Assembly: GCA_003246755.1 (NCBI GenBank)
Contig: QKDC01000174.1
Span: 1 to 61,092 of the forward strand
Direction of reading: 5' to 3'
DNA length: 61,092 nt
From: Gemmatimonadota bacterium
Lineage (GTDB): Bacteria; Gemmatimonadota; Gemmatimonadetes; Gemmatimonadales; GWC2-71-9
Within the stretch, counting starts at the first letter, position 1. Each line of letters opens with the position of its first letter. The translations under genes and the position numbers were made by a program. The notes beneath the pieces are model-generated. The model was given only the letters and a program-made list of their open reading frames with translations. It had not been told where the DNA came from and did no database searches. Below are positions 9,408-19,346 of the stretch, one piece after another.

Positions 9408-11660
9408 CTACTTGATTCCCACCTTTGTCACAAATTCCCCGTACCGTGGATCCGTGCGGAGTGGTCCGTACATGGGATCCAGGTGCAAGTAGATCAGACC
9501 GGCCGATCTCGTTTGGAGTGCCTTGTCGAGCCAGTCAAAGGCGCGGTCGAGTTCACCCACCCCCGCATAGCCGATGGCCATCATCTCGCCCCGAACATAC
9601 TTGTGGTGTGAATCTTCCTCGAGCCGCTCCAAGATGGCGCGCGCCTCCTCATCTTCTCCCAGGGATGCCAGCGCACACACGATCATGGCATCATGTGACC
9701 GGATCGCCGTATTCAGCGACTGCCCTTTCTGAAGCGTCTTGAGTGCTTCCTCGTTCCGTCCCAGGGCGAGTTGAGCGGACCCCGTGTCGACATACGCCTG
9801 GGAATACAGCGGTTCGAGGTCCAACGCCTTGGAGGCCTGGGTGATCGCTTCCTCGTATCGGCCCGCGAACCCGAGAAATCGCGCGATCCAACGGCTGAAG
9901 GGTGCTGACAACGGATCGAGGACCACCGCTTTCCGCAACTCCTCGATGGCGTCGTCCAATCGGCCCACGCACGGAAGTACGGTCCCGTAGACGAAATGGG
10001 CCTCGGCGTAGTTGGGGTTGTATCGCACTGCGTCCGCCAGGGCCTTCGCGGCTCCAGCGAAATCCCACTCGTACCACGAGAGGACTTTACCAAGCGAGGT
10101 GTGCGCTTCAGCCAGGGTCGGTTCCAGTTGGATCGCCCGGGCAGCCGCGGACTTGGCCCGCGGGTAGGCTTCGGCCGGTGCGACCCAGTTATCGGCAAGA
10201 CTCGCCCAGCAGTCGGCGATTCCCGAGTACACCTTGGCGTACCCGACGTCGATGTCCAGGGCCTCCTCGAAGAAGGCGAGGGCCTTGCGGATGGTGTCCC
10301 CCGACCGATCGACGCTGCCCAGGAACCGACCCTTCAGGTAGAGCGTATAGGCATCGAGATTCTCCGTGGTGGGCTTGACCAGTTGCTGGTTTCCACCGAC
10401 CAATTGGACGTGCAACGCATCGGCGATGGCCTGGGAGATCTCCTCCTGAATGGCAAACACATCTTCGAACTGTCGGTCGTAGACGTGCGACCAGAGCTGA
10501 TACCCGTTCGTCACATCGATGAGTTGGGCCGAAATCCTGATCCGATTCCCGATCTTCCGGACGCTCCCCTCGAGCACCGTCTGCACCCCGAGCTTCTCAC
10601 CGATCTGCCTGATGTCGAGTTCCTTTCCCTTGAACGCGAACGAGGACGTACGTGAAGCCACCTGGACGTCCGGGATCATCGCGAGGGCGTTGAGAATCTC
10701 CTCGGTCATGCCATCGCTGAAGTATTCGTTCTCGGGATCGGCGCTCATGTTGCGGAGGGGAAGCACGGCAATCGACTTCTCCGGGGCGGCCTGGCGTGCG
10801 CTCACACCACCACCCGGCGTTTGGCCGTCTCGTCGGATCGCCCGCAGGAGTTCCGCGAACTCGCCGGCGGTGGGGAAGCGATCGACCGCCGTTCGGGCGA
10901 GCGCCTTGGTGACGGCGGTATCCAACGCATCCGGGATGTCCCGCACCGCCTTCGCATGAGGCACCGGAGACATGAACCGTTTGGCGATGACACCCTGGGC
11001 GGTCGCCGCCGTGTAGGGTTGTTCCCCGGTGAGCATCTCGTAGAGCACGCAAGCGAGGCTGTAGATGTCGCTGCGTCCGTCGACGACGCTTTCGGCGGTC
11101 GCCTGCTCCGGACTCATGTAGGCCGGAGTTCCGACGGCGAGTCCGGTCTGGGTGATGGATCCCCCCATCTCACTCACCGCCTTGCCAATGCCGAAGTCGG
11201 CCACGAGGGCAGCACCCTCGTGCATCAGAATGTTCTCCGGCTTGATATCCCGGTGGATGACACCCTGACGGTGCGCGTAGTCGAGCGCAGAGGCGATCTC
11301 GGAGGTAATCCGGAGGGCATCGTCGAGGGGAAGCATCTTCTCGCGAGTAATCCGGTCCCGCAGGGATTGGCCCTCCATGTTGGGCATCACATAGAACAAC
11401 AGGTCGCCCGCAGATCCCGAGTCGTGGACGGGAAGAATGTGCGGATGGGTGAGTCCGGCGGCGATCCGGATCTCTCGGTGGAAACGATCCGAGCCCATCT
11501 CGCCCGAAATCTCCGGCCGCAGGACTTTGATGGCGACCTTGCGACCATGCCTGATGTCTTCGGCGAGGAAGACCACGGCCATCCCGCCCTCACCGAGTTG
11601 TCGCTCGATGCGGTATCGCGTTCCGAGGCCGTCCTGGAGTTGTTCTTGGAGAGTCGACAC
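9408..11660 (-). CDS. Hanks-type Ser/Thr kinase with TolB-N-like domain and TPR repeats (no TM segment)
   Basis: GEGGMAVV, VAIK, HRDIKPEN, DFG, YMSPEQ, then SIAVLPLRNMS...EYFSDGMTEEI and TPR-like helices. Confidence 0.93.
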   Translation of the reverse strand: MSTLQEQLQDGLGTRYRIERQLGEGGMAVVFLAEDIRHGRKVAIKVLRPEISGEMGSDRFHREIRIAAGLTHPHILPVHDSGSAGDLLFYVMPNMEGQSLRDRITREKMLPLDDALRITSEIASALDYAHRQGVIHRDIKPENILMHEGAALVADFGIGKAVSEMGGSITQTGLAVGTPAYMSPEQATAESVVDGRSDIYSLACVLYEMLTGEQPYTAATAQGVIAKRFMSPVPHAKAVRDIPDALDTAVTKALARTAVDRFPTAGEFAELLRAIRRDGQTPGGGVSARQAAPEKSIAVLPLRNMSADPENEYFSDGMTEEILNALAMIPDVQVASRTSSFAFKGKELDIRQIGEKLGVQTVLEGSVRKIGNRIRISAQLIDVTNGYQLWSHVYDRQFEDVFAIQEEISQAIADALHVQLVGGNQQLVKPTTENLDAYTLYLKGRFLGSVDRSGDTIRKALAFFEEALDIDVGYAKVYSGIADCWASLADNWVAPAEAYPRAKSAAARAIQLEPTLAEAHTSLGKVLSWYEWDFAGAAKALADAVRYNPNYAEAHFVYGTVLPCVGRLDDAIEELRKAVVLDPLSAPFSRWIARFLGFAGRYEEAITQASKALDLEPLYSQAYVDTGSAQLALGRNEEALKTLQKGQSLNTAIRSHDAMIVCALASLGEDEEARAILERLEEDSHHKYVRGEMMAIGYAGVGELDRAFDWLDKALQTRSAGLIYLHLDPMYGPLRTDPRYGEFVTKVGIK

Positions 11661-11666
11661 GCACCA

Positions 11667-11694
11667 ATGATACGCGGCGGCAAGTGCCCGGCAA
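11667..11694 (-). promoter_or_regulatory. Putative leaderless sigma70 promoter of the kinase-UPF0182 unit
   Basis: TTGCCG-N16-TATCAT-N6-GTG with no SD. Confidence 0.45.
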
Positions 11695-11776
11695 GCCCGG
11701 ACTGCCGCGTGGAGTCGTCCCTCGCCCGACTCCTATCCGACTCGGTACCAGGCTTCCCGGCACCACCGGGAGTGGA

Positions 11777-12538
11777 TCAACCGACTCCCCTTGGCCTGCC
11801 TCCTCGCCGAGGGGTGACCACCCTCGGACTCGCGGCCATGAGGAGCGCGGCGAGAGCCTGGAGGCGTTCTCCCCAGAAGACCCTCCGTTCGTCCGCGACC
11901 TCCCGGCTGGGCAACCCGACGTGCTGCACCTGGACGGAGGACTTCGTCGGGCCCTTGGCCATGAAGTAGGCCTGCACCAGGGTGCCGTCCTCCCAGGTAC
12001 AACGAATGGACTTTTCCTTTGATGAGGTTCGGATCGTTGGCTCGTGATCCGGAAGCCACCGCTTCCGGGAGGACTTGGTGCTGAAGGCCTGATAGAGTTC
12101 TCGGATCGGGACAGCGATGGTTTTGCTCTTGTTGACCTCATAGGCGCCGGTTCTCCGCTGTCCTACTTCGCGAAGACCCTTGATGCGCTCGTATCCCACG
12201 GTCACCATTTGCGCCCACCACGGACCCACCTTGTACTTCTCGCCGACCAGTCGCGCGATGTCCCGGTGTGGCAGGTCCATCGCCTTATGCCGGTCGAGCG
12301 CACAAACCCACTTGGCCCAGTCGCAACCCGTTGCCTTCTTCACGGCTTCGTCGGTGTATCCCGCCAAGCGCGCGAAGCTCTCGGGGCTGGGAGGTGTGGC
12401 CGGGCTCTCCACCCCCGAAGAGAGCGAGGCGTTGCGGGGGTTCGAGGTGAGGATACGGGTCCGGGCCGTCGTATAGGCTTCCCCGGTCTTGCGCATGCGC
12501 GCGCGGACCAGGCGTTTGAGGTCTTTCTGACTCGGCAT
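11777..12538 (-). CDS. Hypothetical protein: basic N-terminal module, DUF4287-like helical domain and SRPBCC/AHSA1-like C-terminus
   Basis: Strong SD AAAGGAG before ATG 12538. MPSQKDLKRLVRARMRKTGEAYTTAR, then TDEAVKKATG..W..W, WWAQMVTVGYER, and SKTIAVPIRELYQAF...QH..LP...FWGERL. Confidence 0.75.
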   Translation of the reverse strand: MPSQKDLKRLVRARMRKTGEAYTTARTRILTSNPRNASLSSGVESPATPPSPESFARLAGYTDEAVKKATGCDWAKWVCALDRHKAMDLPHRDIARLVGEKYKVGPWWAQMVTVGYERIKGLREVGQRRTGAYEVNKSKTIAVPIRELYQAFSTKSSRKRWLPDHEPTIRTSSKEKSIRCTWEDGTLVQAYFMAKGPTKSSVQVQHVGLPSREVADERRVFWGERLQALAALLMAASPRVVTPRRGGRPRGVG

Positions 12539-12539
12539 G

Positions 12540-12706
12540 GAGGAATCTCCTTTGGTCAAGCCACGCGCGCACACCCCCCAGCGGCGGCGCCACCTGGCGA
12601 CGCAAAGGACCGTTCGGAATGCCGACCCGGGAGTATGCCCCCCTTTGCCTCACTGGGACCCCTGCTGGGGAGGGATCGAAGAGGTTGGGCGTGGATCAGA
12701 TCGCCA
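12540..12706 (-). ncRNA. Candidate structured, pseudoknotted 5' leader RNA
   Basis: Four complementary pairs on the minus strand: UGGCGAU/GUCGCCA, GCAAAGG/CCUUUGC, CUCCCCAGC/GCUGGGGGG, CCACGC/GCGUGG. It starts at the predicted transcription start. Confidence 0.55.
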
Positions 12707-12711
12707 TCACC

Positions 12712-12740
12712 ATTATGGAGATATATTCGGGGACTTGCAA
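12712..12740 (-). promoter_or_regulatory. sigma70-type promoter
   Basis: TTGCAA-N17-CATAAT. Predicted start site near 12705. Confidence 0.65.
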
Positions 12741-12768
12741 CCCGACCACTCCCTCCCCGGAGGCCCCA

Positions 12769-13356
12769 ATGAGACCTGCAGGAATTCTGGCCCTTTCGGC
12801 CCTTCTCTTCGCGTGCGGTGGTGAAACGCCGGAGGCTGGTGCTGACGATGCCCAGGCGACCGTTGCCGATGCCATGGCTCCCGTCGCGGACATGATACAG
12901 AACTTTCAACCGATGAAGCTCGAGGAGCGCGATGTCGAGCGGTTCATTTCCGTGCTACAGGAATTCGAACGAATGGGTGTGAAACTCAACGAGAACGTCG
13001 GAGAGAACCCCTCAGACATCTCGAGTGTGTTCCAAGGATTGGGCGCCAATGCGGAGGCGATGGCCGTGCTGCGGGACCACGATCTCGACGTGATGAAGTT
13101 TCAGCAGCTGGGTATGTCAGTCATGATGGCCGCGGCGGCTTCGGAGTTGGGAGACCAGTCACCCGACATGGCGGCGGAACAGGCCCGACTCGAAGAGATG
13201 AAGGCCACGCTCCCGCCGGAACAGTACGAGGCGATGATGAGTGCTCGAAAGAACGCCGAAGCGATGATGGTGTCGATCCAGAATCAGCCGGCAGGGAATG
13301 TGGAACTCGTGGCCCGCTATCGCGACCAACTGGAGGCCATCGGGAACAAGCAATGA
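12769..13356 (+). CDS. Hypothetical helical lipoprotein
   Basis: SD GGAGG before ATG 12769 and lipobox LFAC. Met/Glu/Ala-rich. Confidence 0.75.
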   Translation: MRPAGILALSALLFACGGETPEAGADDAQATVADAMAPVADMIQNFQPMKLEERDVERFISVLQEFERMGVKLNENVGENPSDISSVFQGLGANAEAMAVLRDHDLDVMKFQQLGMSVMMAAAASELGDQSPDMAAEQARLEEMKATLPPEQYEAMMSARKNAEAMMVSIQNQPAGNVELVARYRDQLEAIGNKQ

Positions 13357-13376
13357 TCGAGTAGAGGAGAATCTCG

Positions 13377-14120
13377 ATGCGGGTGGCCACCGCCGTTGCC
13401 GGATTGCTGACCCTGCTGGTCGTCTCCGGGGGAGTGAGGCCGGCTGAAGCGCAGCGCTGGGATCGACGGGCCCGCATCGAGCCCAACCTCCCCTACGACG
13501 GCAAGTTCACCTTCGCCCGTATCCGGTACACGGTCCACCGCCGAAGTGGCTGGGAGTTCGACTACCCCACCATGGAACGGCACCTGATGACCATGATGGA
13601 GACGGTCACCGGACTCAGACCGCATGTCGCCGGGAGTAACGTCCACGGCCTCGACGATCCCGAGCTCCTGAACTACCCCATCGCCTATCTGTCAGAGCCT
13701 GGTTACTGGATCCCAAACGAGGCCGAGGCCAAAGGACTGCGGGAGTATCTCGCGCGCGGGGGCTTCCTGATCGTGGATGATTTCATGCGGGGGGAGTGGT
13801 ACAACTTCGAGGAATCAATACGAAAGGCGCTACCTCAGGCACAGATCGTCCGGCTCGACCTCTCGCACCCGATCTTCGATGCCTTCTTCCGCATCAAGAC
13901 GTTGGAAATGTCGTATCCCCACGATCCGTATCTCCAGGCCGAGTTCTACGGGATTCACGAGGACAACGATCCCTCCAAGCGGCTCATGGTGGTGATCAAC
14001 TACAACAACGACATCGGCGACTACATGGAGTGGTCGGGCGAGGGATGGTGGCCGGTCGACACGACCAACGAGGCGTACAAGTTCGCGATCAACTACATCA
14101 TTTATGGACTAACCCACTAG
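13377..14120 (+). CDS. DUF4159 domain protein, secreted
   Basis: FTFARIRY, DYP, YPIAYLSEPG, LREYLARGGFLIVDDF, NNDIGDYME, INYIIYGLTH. Confidence 0.82.
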   Translation: MRVATAVAGLLTLLVVSGGVRPAEAQRWDRRARIEPNLPYDGKFTFARIRYTVHRRSGWEFDYPTMERHLMTMMETVTGLRPHVAGSNVHGLDDPELLNYPIAYLSEPGYWIPNEAEAKGLREYLARGGFLIVDDFMRGEWYNFEESIRKALPQAQIVRLDLSHPIFDAFFRIKTLEMSYPHDPYLQAEFYGIHEDNDPSKRLMVVINYNNDIGDYMEWSGEGWWPVDTTNEAYKFAINYIIYGLTH

Positions 14121-14124
14121 ACGG

Positions 14125-16470
14125 ATGGCCGAGCCGATCGTTCGTCTCAATACTGCGCTCGAAGGCCGCTACATGGTCGAGCGTGAATTGGGCCACGGTG
14201 GCATGGCCACGGTCTACCTGGCAACGGATCTCAAGCACGGACGTCAGGTCGCGCTGAAGGTCCTTCATCCCGAGCTCGCGGCCTCGCTCGGTGCCGATCG
14301 GTTTGCCCGAGAAATAGAGATCGCCGCACGTCTCACGCATCCCCATATCCTGAGCCTGCTCGATTCCGGAGTCGCCGACGGGCTGCTGTTCTACACCATG
14401 CCGTACATCGATGGGGAATCACTGGCCCAACGGCTCGACCGCGAGGGCCAGCTCCCCCTCGACGACGCACTCCAGCTCACCAGCGCGATCGCCGACGCGC
14501 TGGGTCATGCTCACGCGCACGGGGTCATCCACCGCGACATCAAACCCGCGAACATTCTGCTCGCGGACGGTCAGCCCGTCGTCGCTGACTTCGGGATCGC
14601 CAAGGCCATCTCGGAAGCCGGGGCCGAGAAACTCACGGAAACCGGCCTCGCCGTCGGTACCCCGCACTACATGAGCCCCGAACAGGCCGAAGCCACCGGC
14701 CGCATCGACCGCCGAAGCGATGTTTACAGCCTCGCTTGCATGTTCTACCACATGGTGGTGGGCGAACCGCCGTTCACCGGCCCGAGTGCGCAGGCGATCC
14801 TCGCCCGTCACGCGCTCGACCCAGTGGCGCCTGTCTCGACAGTACGTGGAGTGATTCCCCCCTCGGTGGACGTGGTGCTCAGCAAGGCCCTCGCCAAGGC
14901 GCCTGCCGATCGTTATGCCTCAGCAACGGCGTTTGCGACCGCACTGGAAGAAGCGAGTCGGGAGGACCCAACGGTCAAGCGACGACGCTCGACCCTCCAG
15001 CGATCGCTGGCGGGTGCGGCCTTGGTGCTCGTGGTAGCCTTGGGAGGTTGGTGGGCGGTTGCGCGAGGTGACGGTGGACCCAACATCGAGCGACTCGCGG
15101 TCCTCCCGCCCGTCGCCGGGAGTACAACGCCCGACCGGGAACCTGTGGTGCTTGGGATGTACTCCGCCCTGCTCACCGAACTGGGACAGGCCGGTGTCAC
15201 GGTGATCGGCAGCCTCCAATCGATGCAGCGATATCGTACCACGACCATGACGGTGGCAGAGATCGCCGCCGAACTCGGGGTGGATGCGGTCATCGAGCCC
15301 ACTATCTATTGGGCGGGGGACAGTGTGGGGCTGGGGGTCCGCATGATCGACGGCAGGAGCGAGGAGGCACTCTGGTCGCGGTCCTGGGAGGCCGATGCCC
15401 GAAACGTGGTCACTCTCTACCGTCAGGTCACGAGGGGCATCGCCGCTGAGATCCAACTCGCACTCACTCCCTCAGTCGTCAGCCATCTCGCCACGGCTCG
15501 TTCGGTCAACCCCGAAGCCTATGAGGCCTGGCTCCAGGGGAGATTCTATAGCGGCAAGCTGACACCCAGCGATCTCGAGACCGCAACGGAGTACTTCAAT
15601 CTCGCGCTGGAGAAAGATCCTGACTTCGCCCCAGCCTATGCCGGTTTGTCCTGGGTATGGATCGCGAGCCAACAGATGGGCTATGTCTCTCCAGCAGAGG
15701 CGACCCCCAAGGCCGTGGAGGCCGCGAGGCACGCGCTGGCACTCGATAGCTTGCTGGCCGAGGGCCATCATAGCCTAGCAACGGCCGAAGGATGGGCCAG
15801 TTGGGATTGGGAGCGGGGAGAACGGGGCCTCCGCCGCGCCATAGCACTCAACCCGGCGGACGGGGATGCCCGGGCCGACTATTCCCATTTTCTACTCGTC
15901 CTCAAGCGGTTCGAGGAGGCTGAGCGCCAGATCGACAGCGCCCTGGCTCGCGACCCGATGAACCTCAGGTACATCGGGTTCCGTGCGGTCATTTATATGA
16001 ATACCGGTCAGCGTGACAAGGGATTTCAAGAGTTTCGCCGGATGCTCCGAGTTGCGCCCAATCACCCAGTGGCGTTGAGCGTGCTCGCCGACGTGAGTCA
16101 CGAGTTGGGTCGCGAGGACTCAGCGGTCTACTACCAGACCACTGTGCTCGAGTTGACCGGCGAAGCTGAGTTGGCCTCCGTGATCCGAAAGGACTACGAG
16201 GAAGTGGGGTATCGAGAAGCGATGCGTCAGGCTGGGGACTTGTTGGCCCGAGGGGCCCAGGAACGTTTCGTGCCCCCGATGATGGTCGCGAAGCTCTACG
16301 CCCATGCGGGAGACGTGGAGCAGACCCTGCACTGGCTCGAGCGTGGAGTCGAAGGCCGGGAACCCAATCTTCCCTACATCGGGGTGACACCCCTCTTCGA
16401 TTTCGTCAGGGGCGAGCCTCGTTTCAAGGCAATTCTCGAGGCCATGCATCTACCCTGGGTAGACGACTGA
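14125..16470 (+). CDS. Ser/Thr kinase with TM helix, TolB-N-like domain and TPR repeats
   Basis: GHGGMATV, VALK, HRDIKPAN, DFG, YMSPEQ, TM segment LAGAALVLVVALGGWWAV, RLAVLP and TPRs. Confidence 0.92.
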   Translation: MAEPIVRLNTALEGRYMVERELGHGGMATVYLATDLKHGRQVALKVLHPELAASLGADRFAREIEIAARLTHPHILSLLDSGVADGLLFYTMPYIDGESLAQRLDREGQLPLDDALQLTSAIADALGHAHAHGVIHRDIKPANILLADGQPVVADFGIAKAISEAGAEKLTETGLAVGTPHYMSPEQAEATGRIDRRSDVYSLACMFYHMVVGEPPFTGPSAQAILARHALDPVAPVSTVRGVIPPSVDVVLSKALAKAPADRYASATAFATALEEASREDPTVKRRRSTLQRSLAGAALVLVVALGGWWAVARGDGGPNIERLAVLPPVAGSTTPDREPVVLGMYSALLTELGQAGVTVIGSLQSMQRYRTTTMTVAEIAAELGVDAVIEPTIYWAGDSVGLGVRMIDGRSEEALWSRSWEADARNVVTLYRQVTRGIAAEIQLALTPSVVSHLATARSVNPEAYEAWLQGRFYSGKLTPSDLETATEYFNLALEKDPDFAPAYAGLSWVWIASQQMGYVSPAEATPKAVEAARHALALDSLLAEGHHSLATAEGWASWDWERGERGLRRAIALNPADGDARADYSHFLLVLKRFEEAERQIDSALARDPMNLRYIGFRAVIYMNTGQRDKGFQEFRRMLRVAPNHPVALSVLADVSHELGREDSAVYYQTTVLELTGEAELASVIRKDYEEVGYREAMRQAGDLLARGAQERFVPPMMVAKLYAHAGDVEQTLHWLERGVEGREPNLPYIGVTPLFDFVRGEPRFKAILEAMHLPWVDD

Positions 16471-16474
16471 GCGG

Positions 16475-19180
16475 TTACCGGATCGCTTTCAACTCCTCGA
16501 ACCAGTTCTGCACCACGATCAACTCCCCTGCCCCCTGCTCGGCGCCCCGCAGCCGGACCATGATGAAGCGCTGATCGTCCGACGTCACGTCGTACGAACG
16601 GTTTCGGGCTCCAAGGCCACGGTACGCCGTGGTTGGAAACAGGGTCCGTTGGGCTCCGGTGGCGAACGTCGGGCCCGGGAGGACCTCCACCGAATTCATT
16701 GCCGTAGGGCTCCGGTAGAACAACTCCCGCCCACTGTGAGCCCACAGGGGCTGCTCGCCACCACCGGTCGAGATCTGCCACTTGGCGTCGCCCGCGTTCG
16801 GGAAGGGCCGCACGTACACTTCACGCTGCCCCGACTCGTTGGAGCCGTACGCCAGCCATCGTCCGTCTGGCGAAAGCGCCGGATGGAACTCGGGGAATTC
16901 GGTCGTGAGCAACGGGGTCGGCGCGCTATCCTCGCCCGGCCGCATGGCGTACAGGTCACCCCAGTCGCCGGTACCGGGGGCACTTTCGCGAAACACGATC
17001 CAGCGCCCGTCCCGCGAAGTTTCAATTTCCTGGAGGCCCTGGTCGCGGTCGAGCAGCAGCTCCGCCACCGCGCTTCCGTCGGCCCGCTTGGCGTAGAACT
17101 GTTGGTCCCCTTCGTCCCGATTGGACTGGAAGTACACCTCCTGCCCGTCGGGCCGCCATGCGGGCCTGAGGTTGAGGCTGCCTTCGAAGGTGAGTTTGGA
17201 GAGCGGCCCACGATCGAGCTGCTTGACCCAGAGCTGGGTCTCGGCCTCCGACTGAATGCTCACCGCCAACCGTGTGTCATCCGGCGAGAGCGCGAGAGTC
17301 GTGAATCGTCCCGTCCACCCCGGTTCGACCTCGGTTGCGACGCCATCCCTCGTCACCCACACCAACTCGTCCGGGCTCTGGGCCGTGACCCCGGTCGTGT
17401 AGACGAGCGTGCCCGTGGAGGACAGTGCAAGGTCCACGGAGCCTACGAACCGCGTCGAAAGGCCCTCCACGAGGGATACCGCATCACCGGTCAGCTCCAT
17501 CCGGTCCTGGTCGAACGGAGCCGCCATCAGCGTTCCATTCGCCGTCACGTAGACCAGGTGCCCGGACGTGGCATATCGCGCGAGGATGCCCCGGGTGAGG
17601 ATACGGTGTTGCCCTGTGGCTCGGTCGGCCACCGCAACATCCGCCTCCTCGAGGTCTCCTCCGAGGCCACCCCGGCCGACGACGACAAAGAGAACGCCTT
17701 TACCGTTGGGGAGTACCTCCGGCCGTATGTGGCCGCTCTCGTTTTGCGAGGTGTCGATGGTGGTGAACGCGGTTGGCACACCACCGGTGGCGGGCACGGT
17801 CGCGAGTCCATTTGGGCCGCTCAGATAGATGAGCCCATCAGGGCCCCAACTCCCACCGAAGATTTCCACACCGGAGTCCGCGACCGTGAGCGGTGGCCCC
17901 CCACCCAGCGAAACAACCTCCACCCTGGAGGCCCCACCCCGACGCGCGAGGATATACGCCACCCGGCTGCCATCCGGCGAGAAGAACGGCTCACCCGCGC
18001 CTTCGGTGCCGGGCAGGGGCGTCGCTTCGAGCTGGGAGAGCGACCGCAGCCAGAGCTGCTGCTGACCTGCACCATCCCGCGAAGGACCTCGATACACCAG
18101 CCGTGAGCCGTCTGGTGAGATGGCCAGCCGCGAGAGGAAGAAGGGCATGAGCGCCTGGTCATCCGGCATGGCAACGCTGAATCGGGATACCTGCAAGGCC
18201 GGCTCAGGACGCGGACGTAGCCAACCCCACAGGGCCAACAGCCCGAGAACCGCCGCGAGACCAGCGAAGATGCGGGTGCGTTGTTTGGTCCGGCCCGATG
18301 CCTGGTCTGCTGTCGCCGATGGAATGCCAAGGGTAAACGCGGGATTGGAGAGTGCCTCAGAGAATTTCGCCGCACTGGTAAATCGATCGGCCGGGCTCTT
18401 GGCGAGGGACTTCTGAATCGCCGCATCCACGTTCGGCGGGACCATACTGCGCGACCGGGTGATCGGCGTCGGAGTATCGGAGAGGATCCTGGCCACCACG
18501 GCCTGCACACTGGCCCCAATGTGCGGCGGCTCCCCCACCAGCATCTCGTAGGCCATCGCGCCGAGGGCGTAGATGTCGCTCCGGGCATCGAGTGCGCGAT
18601 CGCCGGCCGCCTGCTCCGGACTCATGTAGTGCGGTGTGCCGAGCGAGAGACCGGTTTCGGTGAGCCTGCTTCCCCCCGCTTGGGAGACCGCGAGCGCGAT
18701 ACCGAAGTCGGCGACGAGTGGCTTCCCACGCTGGAGCAGGATGTTCTCGGGTTTGATGTCGCGATGCACGATCCCTTGTTCGTGCGCAAAGTGGAGCGCG
18801 TCGGCGACGTCCTTGACGATGGCAACGGTTTCTTCGACGGGGAGTTGCTTCTCCCGCATCATCCTCCCGCGAAGCGTCTCGTCTTCGACGTACGGCATCA
18901 CGTAGTAGAGGTATTCGGGCGAGGTCCCCGCTTTGCCGCTGTCATAGAGTGGCAGAATGTTCGGGTGCTGGAGATTGGCGGTGACCTTGATCTCGGCGAG
19001 GAATCGATCGCCGCCGACGATGGCGGCCAGTTCCGGGCGAAGGACCTTGACCGCAACTTTGCGATCGTGCTTGAGGTCGTGGGCGAGGTAGACGGTGGCC
19101 ATCCCACCCTCACCTAGGTGTCGCTCGATGCGGTAGGTGTCGGCGAGCGCAGCAGTCAGTCCGGCGATCGGATCGGTCAA
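16475..19180 (-). CDS. Ser/Thr kinase with TM helix and PD40 beta-propellers
   Basis: Intact kinase motifs (HRDIKPEN, DFG), a TM segment, SPDG repeats, and the C-terminus YDVTSDDQRF...VVQNWFEEL. Confidence 0.93.
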   Translation of the reverse strand: MTDPIAGLTAALADTYRIERHLGEGGMATVYLAHDLKHDRKVAVKVLRPELAAIVGGDRFLAEIKVTANLQHPNILPLYDSGKAGTSPEYLYYVMPYVEDETLRGRMMREKQLPVEETVAIVKDVADALHFAHEQGIVHRDIKPENILLQRGKPLVADFGIALAVSQAGGSRLTETGLSLGTPHYMSPEQAAGDRALDARSDIYALGAMAYEMLVGEPPHIGASVQAVVARILSDTPTPITRSRSMVPPNVDAAIQKSLAKSPADRFTSAAKFSEALSNPAFTLGIPSATADQASGRTKQRTRIFAGLAAVLGLLALWGWLRPRPEPALQVSRFSVAMPDDQALMPFFLSRLAISPDGSRLVYRGPSRDGAGQQQLWLRSLSQLEATPLPGTEGAGEPFFSPDGSRVAYILARRGGASRVEVVSLGGGPPLTVADSGVEIFGGSWGPDGLIYLSGPNGLATVPATGGVPTAFTTIDTSQNESGHIRPEVLPNGKGVLFVVVGRGGLGGDLEEADVAVADRATGQHRILTRGILARYATSGHLVYVTANGTLMAAPFDQDRMELTGDAVSLVEGLSTRFVGSVDLALSSTGTLVYTTGVTAQSPDELVWVTRDGVATEVEPGWTGRFTTLALSPDDTRLAVSIQSEAETQLWVKQLDRGPLSKLTFEGSLNLRPAWRPDGQEVYFQSNRDEGDQQFYAKRADGSAVAELLLDRDQGLQEIETSRDGRWIVFRESAPGTGDWGDLYAMRPGEDSAPTPLLTTEFPEFHPALSPDGRWLAYGSNESGQREVYVRPFPNAGDAKWQISTGGGEQPLWAHSGRELFYRSPTAMNSVEVLPGPTFATGAQRTLFPTTAYRGLGARNRSYDVTSDDQRFIMVRLRGAEQGAGELIVVQNWFEELKAIR

Positions 19181-19277
19181 AGGGGCCTCTGTGATATCGA
19201 AGCCCCGAATCTAGGGCCAGAACCGGCCCTGGACCAGCGGAACCACCATCAGACCCGGGTATTACCAGCGCCCCCGA

Positions 19278-19306
19278 TTGGCCCGGCGCACGGGTATTCG
19301 TATACT
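19278..19306 (+). promoter_or_regulatory. sigma70-type promoter of the IorAB-like operon
   Basis: TTGGCC-N17-TATACT upstream of SD GGAGG and ATG 19347. Confidence 0.55.
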
Positions 19307-19346
19307 GAGAGGATCATCCTTCCACCCGTCCCACCGGGGAGGACTC

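Noticed and set aside
12540-12706. tRNA, tmRNA or known riboswitch identity for the leader (TTCGATC and GCCA motifs)
   Set aside because: TTCGATC has no flanking T-stem, no cloverleaf forms, and I could not match a riboswitch consensus by eye.
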